DNA of 64,000 nt from Phoronis australis (Eukaryota; Animalia; Phoronida), in NCBI GenBank assembly GCA_002633005.1, contig NMRA01000541.1:1-64000 (forward strand), written 5' to 3'. Below are positions 50,001-62,000 of this stretch, in pieces. The notes under the pieces are model-generated. The model ran no database searches. It was not told where the DNA came from and was given only the letters and a program-made list of their open reading frames with translations. Position 1 is the first letter of the stretch. Each line of letters starts with the position of its first letter. Both the position numbers and the translations under genes were made by a program.

Positions 50001-53000
50001 TTTCAGTTCAGTTGTGTACAGATATGGTGCTTCGTTGTAGGTTTGTTTTAGTGACATGAAAATAATCTACTGAGGCACACCTTCAGAGATGTTCTTATTA
50101 TAACCGAGTTGATCTTATTCTACTGGTCTCACAGTTGTACTTAAAGCTTATGTTCAGTCGTGTAAAGAAAACGTGCTTCGTTGTTGCTTTGTTTTATTGA
50201 CATGTAAATAAAGTATTGAGGCACACCTTCCAAGATGTTCATATTATGTGCGAGTTGATCTTATTCTACTGGTTTCAGTCCTTACAAAAATGAACTTAAG
50301 TTTTTGGAAAATAACTTAAGTTTTAGAGAAAAAACTTAAGTTGTTCCGAAAAACTTAAGTTTCTTTTAAAAAGTTAAATTTTTAAAAGAAACTTAAGTTT
50401 TTCGCCAAAAACTTAAGTTTTTCAGCACAATATTAAGATTTTCTGCTAACTTAAGTTAATCACAAACCCGTGTTTGTGTATTTATAGCCTAAGGGGTTGT
50501 TTTAGAACTTTTAACCAGTTCGAGCACGTTCTAGAACTTTCTGGAACCCAACCAATCGTTCTACAAACATGTACTAGTCTCTAGAATATTCCAGACTGCA
50601 TTAATCACTGCCATGCTAGAGTCTTCTAGAAAGTTCCAAACTATACTGTAGTGAACAAATGACATCATCATTGTACTGACTTCAGTCTTCTAGAAAGTTC
50701 CATACTATTCTGTAGTAAACAAATTACATCATCGCTTTACTTAACTCAGGGGTCGTGTCAATCAAACATAACAACAAAACAAAACAAAACAAAACAAAAA
50801 CAACTAAAAAGTGTCAGTCTGCTTTCTGACAGGCACTCACTGTGCAGAAGAACCACTAAAGTCGGTGCCTCGTTTATCAACCTCCTCTCAGGTTAACACA
50901 ACACCTCTCGGCGAGGTAAGATAGACCATATACGAGGTGATGTGGATATACACCGATTAACGGGTGTATAAAAGACTTAGTAAATCGGGTGTCATTCTCC
51001 TTCAAAACCACTGAAACCAGTACTGCAATGTCTCATTTCAGAGATGAGCATCCTGCATAAGAAGTATCATGAATCTAGCTACTCACTGCTTTCCTTGTAA
51101 GGATCACTTGAGAATTCCATTCTTCCTGATTGGGTTATACAATACCATATAACTTTACCAGCAGCAAAAATGTCTATTGAAGAGGTCTGGAAGAGAGCAG
51201 AGAAACCAGGCGCAATTATATTTAAAAACGGGAAGGAAAACAGGTATCAGGAAATTTTCACAGAAAATGCATCAGCCCTCGTCAAACTAGAATAGACCAT
51301 TCTGCTTTGAATGAGTCTTTGAGGCTGTCTATTTTCAGTAAGACACATTTTTTTTAAAGGACTCAGGTCAATTCGTTTGACAACGACGGTAGTGAAATAG
51401 GATTGGGTGACTGCAACTCATGTAGTTTGTGGAAGGGCACATAATTTGATGTTTAACCGATTAACACGTACGCATCTATCACTATAAAACCAAATAATGC
51501 TAATAACCCTCAACAACTGCCACAAGCTTTTACAAGTGGGCAAGCGTGACCTACAGTTTAGGAGAGTTACACGACAACTGTAGGAAAGGACACCCCCTCC
51601 CCCAGAATACTATCAAGGATATTGTCGCCCTGGGTGTGTTTTAAATTTACACAAAAGTGATACACCAGATGGGCAGTAACGAAACGATTATTGTTTGAAA
51701 TCTCCTAACAATGTTAGGAATCCATTTAGCATTGACGCCAGAGTAAACAGATACACTCAACACGACAAAACCAGCGGTTGAAGAAAACCGTATCTTTATG
51801 ACATAGTATACATGTACGTGAATTCGCCACATTTGGGTCTCACGTAGCATGCAGAGCTGTCGCATAAGGGCAATCAAAGAAAAGAACTGTGTTAAGATAT
51901 CCACCTTCTTCATAATACAAGTTTCGAATTCATGACCTAGGTATTTCAGAGGACATTCTTCGTTTAGCTACTTTATTTAAAATATTGCCGGTGGTTACAT
52001 GGCTTCTGAAGTGCATCACAATTGCAAAAAGCGCATAATTAGGACCATTAGACAGAACACCTATCCTCAACCAACGAGAGCCCTGTTATCGACAAAATGG
52101 ATACGAGGGAAAATCACCAAGTCTAAAATACTCTACAATGTATTCTTCATTTAGGTATGTAATGGTACCACTGAGAAAGTTGTTTTTTAGCCCACGAGCC
52201 TTTGAACAAGACTCTACCAGATGTTTTTGCATTTCAATGTCACACACTAGGCAACCTATATGCCTTTTTGATATACCTGGCGAAATTGGAATGATGTGTC
52301 TAATTCCAAATATGTCTAACGATTTCTTTTGAACCTCTTTGTTTGATTGTTGTTTGGGAAACTCCTCCTTGGTTTGTCTGCAGGGGTAGGAGAGGCCTTT
52401 GAGCCAGCTGAACCGCTCAAATGATATATATTTGGTTGCAAATAGTGATCCTGCAGCGTTCGAAAGCATTTGGGAAAGTTGGTTTAGGTACATAATGTAA
52501 ATAGTTTGCGAGTCTGCTCTGCACTTGCCGTCAATTTCCTGCATGCACCTTATCCCAGAGCATATTGCCAATTCTTTTGACCGCATGCTCAATGAGTTCA
52601 TTAACCAGAGCATTAACGCATTCGAATTGCGCGCCAGTTTTTTCCGGTTCAATGTTACATCGCCAGGCCACTTGAAAAGCTATATTGATGATAGTGATTT
52701 CATTAAGAAACCTAGCTTTTTTGCATCCTGCATTAGGAAGACTCCAAGTACTACCTTGGCCACCTTACGTTTTACCCACCACACGAGTACATCTCACCAG
52801 TGCAGCTTTGGCTTTAAAACTGTTACCATAACTGCAATGCGGAGGTATGGTGGTGACGTAGAATGACACCTAGATAAGGTGAGTTGTTAAAATAGATACC
52901 ATTCAGCAGTACACGCAGACTTGGCATTTCAGCTTCGAATGGTAAATGATAACTGTTTGCGTGCACAAACGTCTAAGCTAAATGTTTCGGCCCATCTGTA

Positions 53001-56000
53001 TTTTGCTGTCAGCGACATCAGAGCCAATTTATACATGTCACAAAATTGATGCCGGATATGCCGAAAGGAAGATTGTTTGCATTGGCTTGAGCATACGAAC
53101 TTGCATTCATTAATGTTGACATCGTAGTAGATCATCCATAAACATGGCGAGGAGGGTGTGTGGCAGGTGCAGCACCGCTCTACCGTGTGTAACTAGTGGT
53201 GCAAAATATCAATATGAAACTGCCCATACATGCCGTCACGGATAACTTTCTGATCATTTTGAGGATCTATCTGCTACGACTCCTTCTCGCCTTGAAGTCG
53301 TTTAAAGCCCCTTGGATAACACCAGGCCCGAAAGTCGATGAAGACGCAGGGGGAAACTGTCCACTAAAATGGGCCTTTCAAGTTAATCATCCAGATGACG
53401 TAGAGCGGACGCTCTGGAAATTTAGTTCTTTAAGCATACTGATTGTTGTGATGTCTGCTGAGAATACACTGTTAATCAAGATGAGCCTTCTCATTCTCTT
53501 CAGAATAACGGAAGGTAAGATCATAGGCCCAAAAATTCAGCCAGCCGGTATGAGTTCTCCATTCCTTTATGAGTGAAGATTACTCTGGATTTCGCCTAAT
53601 TTTTGGATTACAAACTAATCAGAGAGTGACTGCAAATTTAACAAGGTATTACGTATTTATGTCCTGAACATCAACCTATACTTGTGGTTCACACTACCCT
53701 GGTGCCGTCAATTTAAGAGTGTTTACTAGACGTAATTTAGCTCTATGAGCAGTGCATGCCAACCATGACCATGAATACTTCCTCGGAAGGGAGGGTGCAC
53801 AAGCCGTTATCTTTTTTAAAGACCTCAAGTCTGGAGGAACGGTCCCTCAATATTCTAGCACTTGGATTCTTGTGTAGGTCTTGATGATGCCAGTGCTTTG
53901 GCCTCCTTCTTCTCCAATGGCGATTTGCCACAAAGATACCAAAGGTATTTTATAGTCACACCAGGGTAAGGGAGCTTATTCATTTTTGCCTCTTTGATAG
54001 GTGGTTCTTGAGGATGTCCCAGCAGACAGGCTGCTCGACGTCTGGCCTTTAACAGAATGCCGTTTGTGGATCCTACATTTCTAAGCTTCCTCTGGTGAAC
54101 TGGCTTTCCCCTTAACAACAGCAGATAATTGTATTTGAATTTGTAAATATTTAACGGTACACGGATACATTCTTTGTACCATTTTTTTAAAAAAAACTTG
54201 TAGCAAGACTTTAAACAAAATACTACCCAAAAATACAAATTTTCACAAAGATCACTGTGTGTCTTAACATGCAACTATAACCTTACTAGTTGATTGCTCT
54301 TCTGTATTTCTGGCGCCATCCAATCTGTATATGAGTCCTTCGGGAAAGGATTTGGAAATGTCTGCTGGTCTCCACTCAGTGTTTGCGAGAACTTAGACCA
54401 GGGTATGTCGAGTTTGTGCCTTCCGTTCTGATCAGCCATTTTTACCATCACATTCGCAGGCTTGATTTCACCGTGTACTATAAAAATAAACACAGTTGCA
54501 AAACTTGTAAGATGACATTCTGTGGCTGTTGTTGTTGCATGCATGAAATAAAGCAAAAAAAAAAAAAACGTAAACATGGTAATAAGTGTTGTAAGGCAGG
54601 ATGCTTTACAGCTGAATTAGTAGTAGTCAACGTTCCAAAACCAAAAAAAGTGTTTCCTGGCACAAATTTGCCCAGAGGTGCTGTCCTCGTGAATTAGTAG
54701 AATAAAAGCCACGGTGAAGGTTTTACTGTCGGGTCAATCAGAACCAAGGTCCATAATCGAAAGTTGACGGTTTCGGGTTAAAGTAATTTTGGTCACTTTC
54801 TGAATGTCAACTGAGTCTCATAAATCAAAATCGGACAGTGTTTGAGAATTTTTTGCATGTTTTTGTCTTTGAATTTTATGCATTTTTAGCGTTACGAGTG
54901 GCCATTTTTCAACTGTCAACAGTAGAAAAAAATATTTTATTCAGTAAGCAATTGTATTGATATCACTTGGAACAACTTGAGTCATTTTCAGAATCACTAA
55001 TAGATGAGGTTGTGCGTAATGATTGAGAAATGGTATGGCTCATCCTAAATTTACTGTAAAGAAGGTTAAAAAGTAAAGTTCACACTCTGTAATCAAAAGA
55101 ACCCCAGAATATTTTAGACTAGGCAACACAGCAAATTATTCAATATCTTAACCAACCAAAAGTTTGGATATTGACTGGGTTCTACTATTTGGCAGAATCG
55201 ATAATTTCTATAAGGAAGGTAATGGGCCTCATGTCCTTAGTTTGCAGCTCATGTCCGTTTCTTGTATTTCCGTAATACTATCGCGTTCACTGATCTCTTT
55301 TCTTGTTTAACATTAATTATAGCGTCACACTGAGTGCCAAACGGATGGTGGCGGAAAGTAAGAATTTTAGAAAATACCTAATTACACTAAAACTTTGGGA
55401 TACCAGGAACAGTCAAAAAAAACATTACCTGATGATTATGACAACAGCTAATGTAGCATTATGTCAGCTATTGAAACTCCGTTTTTTCAATTTTGGAATA
55501 ACATGTGATTGTATGACAATTTTGCCTTGCGTCTAAAAGCGAGACGTTTAAATGGTGTCGCAGAATGGCGGAAAATTCAATGAAATTGGAAAGTCCGGAA
55601 AGAGCACGGCAATTGGCAAATACACAATGCGCTGACAGCAACATGAAGCACTGGATTGGGTTCTTTTAAAAGTAAACTTAAGTGCATGTTAGCGAATGCA
55701 CCAGGCAGAGGGTGATAAACGCTATAAAACAGATTCTCTTTATATTTTGTCTGTGAGATGAAACTTGCCCCACTGACTCCAGACCACTTTTATTTTTTTT
55801 CAAAACGTCCTGCTTTGGTTTCCATGGATAGTATTTGTTTCCGACAAGTTTTGAGGCTGGCGTCAGTTAAGTTTTAGCAAAATTCTGACACTTACGTTTA
55901 GCAGTGGAAGTAACGTTGAAATATTGAACCTGTGTTATTGATCAGGTGTGACCTTTGACTACTTTATTAATGAAAGTTTGAGATTTCGATAATTTTTTGT

Positions 56001-59000
56001 TTGTTTTCAGAGCCGCATAAGATGAGTGCTTTTAGTGATTTTTGAAACTGTCAGAGTTGGCTAAATTCGTATCCCGATATGTCAGGTGGCACAGGTTTCA
56101 GAACAATTTAGTGCCAACCAATGTGTTCAGATATTTTAGGTTTACAAAATAAGACTATAAGATTTTATGTAACTTGAAGTTCAAAATGACTGGTGGTTAC
56201 GCCATTTAACCACAATGAGTAATGCCGACAAACGTCAAAAAAGTGAACATTTGTTAATAGTTAGCCAGCAAACGGCGAATCAATTCATCATTCATCAAAT
56301 TTCGTATTTTCTAGGCACCGAGGGTACACTACTTTATTTCTAAAAAGTGCTTGTACTCATGGAATTAGGCCACTTACTACACAAATAGCAGTAGTTTTGG
56401 CAGTACACCTTTTGCGAGAGTCGAAATTCAAATCTAACAGGTTTTACAAAACTCAGTATTCTTATTTGCACAGCTAAAAACAAAAAACGCCGCCGACAAA
56501 TCATTTTCATAACATTTTCCAAAAATAGTGGTTGCCTTCTCCCCACATGTGACGTTCCAAATCTTACAGTGTTGTATGAACAAGATCATTTACTTTTAGT
56601 TTTATCTGTGACTGTCCTGTTTACAAAGATGCTTACTGTGTGTTAGCTGTGGAATGTGTCTGAAAAAACGTTATTTAGGAATCTTCCAATGATTTTGATG
56701 CAGGGCGTTGAAAGCGGAGGACAGTGTCAAGATGAGAGATTCATTGGCAATTACAGGCAAATGCAAACCACTGGTCAGAGTCATTCCGTGGACGTTATAT
56801 AGCCGCCAGTGTCCTAATGACTTCACTTTTGAAGTGGTATGGCTGGCTAATGTTATCATTTTGCTATATACACACATTTTGTTGTGATTGACACAAGTGA
56901 GAAATGGGAGACTCTCGAGTAGCAATGGGGGCTGACTACATGGAACCAGCTACCAGCGAGAAGATACTTCACCTGCGCAGTGGGAGGCACAGAGGAACGT
57001 ACTTGAATAAGTGTGTGTGACTTGTTGTGAGAAGTCTAAAGAGTGAATTCATATTACTTCCCAGTCCTCCAGGGCAAACGTACATGTGTCCTGTTCTAGG
57101 TGATAGCTGTTACTTGACTTCATAAATGCCTCATGTTGGAAGCATGATCCACTGCAGAGGTCATGTAAAACATGTTAGTATGATAAATGCTGCTTTCAGT
57201 ATAAAGTCCACCAGTACACCACCAGTATTGTATTGTAGCTCATGTTTTTCCAAGACTTCTCAGCAGACAAACTATATACAGTATATAAACTTTGAACCTC
57301 AGTTCAAAATATAAATTCATCCACATTGGGTTCTAACTAAGTCTTCGACGTGCTATAATAGCAAGACTACCAACTTTCTATGGCAAAATCACATCAGAGA
57401 TCATATCTGAATGTGGTATTTGATCTAAGTACTAATGGACTGGCTCAAATAGGATTCTCCTATGTTAGTTGTTCAAAAAGCAGGTGATCTCGCTTACATG
57501 TACATGTACCTCCTCATCCCATACGGTACACGTAACCCCACAGTCTGTATATACAATGTTAGACCACTTTAAAGTAAAAAGTGACATTTAATGCGACTAG
57601 AATCTGGTTTAACACTCATTGTCTGGTTAATTTATAAAAACTACCATGTAATACACGAGATGTCTAAATGTGTTAAAAAATCTAAATACCAGTGAATTGA
57701 CTCAAACATGACACTCCTGATGTTAACAATTCAAAATACAGGTGACCTCTCTTAACTCATCATCACATACCGTACAAAAAACTCTCATTCTGCAAAAACA
57801 ATGTTGGGACAGATTAAACTCAAAATGATATTTAATGTGACTGTAATCTGGTTTAACACGAGATATGTAAATGTGTTCTTTGATCTAAATGCCAGTGAGT
57901 TGGTTCAAGTATGACATTTCCAATGTTAACCTTTCAAAATATAGGGCCCCTCTCTTAATTTGTCATCACATATACTACGAGAAACAAGCCAGTCTGCCTA
58001 AGTCACTACCTTTCCTTAAGCTTGTACATAAGTTAACACTCAGATAAGGCTTCGCTTTTTAGTTAAGTGAGATTGAGTGTAATGTGAATTTGAAAGATGA
58101 AAACTGAAATACCAGCATCTTTAAATAAATTGGGCAGCAAAGTTTCATCCAGAACACTGACTAAACATCCTAAAATTTACTGACAAAATCACAGTCATTC
58201 TTGCTATATTGTATTTTGCATTTTCCTCAATTTCTACAATTTGACATCAATAACAACTGGTTAAATCAATCAGACAACCCAACAGATTGTATAATGTTCG
58301 AACAAAGTTGGAATCCGGAGTATTACTGGACTTCATGGACAGTCAAGTTCATTATCTCCCTCATTTGACCATTTTCAAGCGCGGTTCAAGGCAGCGTGAA
58401 AAGAAACCTTTACCCTGTTGTAGTGTCGGCCAGCCTCCCGAAACTGCTCATCCGTCTTCATCGCCTGTGCAGTTTTGCGGGGTCTGCTTTGTTGTTCTAC
58501 TTTCTGAAAAATGACGGGCAGGTTGTAACACTCTCGAATTATACACTTTTTGCAGAACTTTGCAGAGCCCAGCCACTACACAAGTGTGACTGCCGCTGAG
58601 TGATCCAATGACTTTAGCTGAGATAATTCATTTGACCCAAGGAGTGTAATGTGTAAAACGACCTAAGTACAACAAGAAAAAACACTGTGGTTACTTAATT
58701 TATTTTTGCCAGTTTGATCAGATTCCTTTGGACATCAAATGAATATCATATCCATACAACAAATGTCAACATAGTGGTACCCATAAAACATAACGACACG
58801 CTATGATTTCCAGAATTACATAATTCATTGGCTGCTGAAGTGATAAGAAATTCCGTCATGCAAGTTGTCAGTTAAAATTGGAATTTATAATGCTATAACT
58901 ACAGCATCCATCAATATATCTATGGAAAAAAAACTTCATGTAATGAACTAAAAAGAAGACGCATAACAACAACATCGGTTGTTGAAAATTGAAAGTCAAT

Positions 59001-62000
59001 GAGACATTGCAGTTTCCGCTTGCAACAAGTGCAGGCCACTAGATGCACATAATCACAGACTAAACTTACAGCTAACACAAGACGTCCCTAGTAAGTGCGC
59101 TGAATAGCTCTAGGCTAGCCTAGACTCCAACAACGGCGACAGGACAGATATATCATTTGCCCTTAGGAACACAAGACTGTTCATCAGTTGTTTACAGTGT
59201 GCAGGCATATGACTACTGAATTTCACCAGTGGGCACAATAAAAAGCTCCATCTATACTGTTCAAACACAAGTACTGTTGTTACATTCTTATGATACATGC
59301 ATGGTCACTCAGTTTGTGAATTTCCTGAAAGGAGAACCAGTAACTTGCACTGCAGTGTACTGTATTAGAACAACAACTGTTGTTTCTAGCGGTGCTAACT
59401 GGTTCTCGAATCGTGTATTGACAAAACTGACAATTACCGCCACAATGATATCGTGATAACCTCAAATTCAAACAAAGTAGTAGTAGTACTCACCACATCC
59501 AACAGGAAAGAACACATACTGTATGCATTGACATTTATGAGTTCCTGTGGAAGTAAGTTGACTTTAGACATTTCAACCAGCATCCCCACTTCAGGCTTGG
59601 CACGCGAGCTACCGCTAACGACATGGGTGTTTGCAGATTCAACCTAGTTACCACAGAATTCCGGTGTCTTTCCCTTCCCTTAGACGCAGTCACACAGGCG
59701 TGACACAGGTCCGGTGAACACGCATGTGTAAATTATCCGACTCTCGCCAATATAAGTTGCCGCACAGTCTGTAGGTGCGGGGGTTGGGTACTCACTCTAT
59801 TCCGCATCAAGATTCCACACATTTGCAGAGGACATTCTTTTGAGGTTCCACACCCTTCATCACACTCCATCATACTAGCAGTTACCACAGCAAGTCAGGA
59901 TCAACCATTTTGCCACCACTAAAGTGACACCTGTTGTTGGAAACTGGGTTCACAAAAACGCGGAATTTTAATTAAAAGGAAAAATACTTTAAGCAATTGC
60001 GCCTGACTTAATGTCACTACACTGAATATTAATAAATCAAGTTTTGAATCAAAACTATGCACATTACTGATGTTGTAATGTTCCAAACAGGTATCGGTAT
60101 TGAAGGTAATTTCTTCTCAAGTGGTTGTCGCAATCTTGCAATTCCTATAGAAAAATGGTCAGCACCAGAAGATTTTATTGTATTAATCAACAGCAATAAG
60201 GTGACGTCATGATGGCGGAAAGGTCGAATTTCTGACACTCCCCAAATCTACCCACTACTTATGCAGAAATATCTAAACTGACGGGATAAAACGTCTTCAG
60301 ATCAGCTCCACATGAGTGGTAAAACTAAGGAGTAGACAAAACAAGGTAGGAAACGTGTGCCTAGTAAGGACACTGAGGAGCTTCAAAAATCATCTTGTTT
60401 GAAATCACTAAAGCAGCCTACCATGGAAGCCATTTTGACCAAGGAAAAGCAGGTCAACGACAAAGTGTCAAAGCTTTCACTGAAAGATGACCTCAAGGAA
60501 GCCTTGATGGACGGTGAAATCCAATCTATGTTCAGAAGTCTACTGAAACCTTTAATAGAGGATATGAGGGATGAGATTTACAAGGCCTTAGAGTTGGAAT
60601 ACGGCAAAAAGCTGGAAGAAAAGGACAAAAAATAAAGTCCCTGGAAAACCAACTTTCGGAATTCAAAGAAGTGATCGAGCGACGAGCACAAAAGCATGAG
60701 AATGAAATGGAAGGACTTCAACGGTACAGCCTGCGAAACTGCTAGATTATCAATGGGGTAACAGAAACTGACGCAGAAAACACCGACGATACTGTGATCT
60801 CGCTTGTGCAAAAAAATGGGAGCCTCAACCCAAAAGTCTGACATTAGTCGCATCCACCGACTTGGAAGAAAAGATTCACCCTCTACCAATAAGCGCCCCA
60901 TAATTGTGAAATTTGTATCCTACAATGCTCGGTCTGACTTCATGAAATAGAAGAAAAATCTAAAAGACGTCGCAAGCAGAGTTTTTGTAAACGAGAACTT
61001 GACCAAACGCAGAGCACAGCTGTTCAAAGCCTGCAGAGACCAGGGTGCCAAGGTGCAGGATTGCTGGACATTCGACGGCCGTGTATACTACAAAGAATGG
61101 GGTGGTTTAAAAAGCAAGTGAATAATCTACAGGATTTCTCAGGAATTTAAATAACAAGCGATAGGTGTAAGTAGACTCGTGCTACTCCACTGTGACGCAT
61201 ATCGTGTGTAGTACACTGGTACATTAGTTTCAGAATTTATATCTCCCTCTGCCTCTCTGAGAGTGTTGTGTTCAACGTTGGGTGCAATCTCCTTTGTTTA
61301 CTTCAGGTACTCCTGTATATATGTACAATCATGGTGGTGCACTTATGTGCGGTTGAAGTATGTGTTGCGCTGATCCCCTTTGTGATCAACTAGTGACATT
61401 TGGTGCGACCGTTTTCTAGTGCCTTAATATTTCTGGAGTCTCTTCTCTTTCTTCTATTGTGAAGGATGAGACCACTTGCTGAGAGTGCGAGACGTACGTT
61501 CTGAGTTTAATAGAGCTCAGCAGGAGCGTAGGAAAAATCAACATGTGATTATTCGACTACTTTGTATAGTTCCCTAGTATGAATTTCTCACTTTGTGATT
61601 AGTCTGAACAACTAAATCTTCACTTGACCGTGGCTTGGACTCAACGTGTAGCACGAATCCCGTTGGGTACTTATATACTACACTCCGAAGTACAGTCGTG
61701 ATCGCCCTTTGCTGGCAGTGTGTGTAGATAACCCCTGGTGTGTTTGTGTTGTGGATCGTGCTGCAGGCTGAGATTGAGTCATTGAAATGTGATTTCAGTT
61801 AGCGGAACTGGCCACAGTTACGTCATGAGTGTTTATATAGTTTTATATAATTTTATTACATGTGCACATATATTGGCAACAAATATTGTCACTGCACTTG
61901 ACTTGCACATGATCATTTTTCTTTCATTATTTTCACTCATAGTTGTTGGTGTCTGCACAGTGATTTCATTTACTCAGGTTTTAGTCAAGGAGAATAGCAC

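Noticed and set aside
59700-59930. Cys-rich PHD-like stretch (MECDEGCG) on the minus strand
   Set aside because: Cys/His spacing is incomplete and the frame is interrupted.
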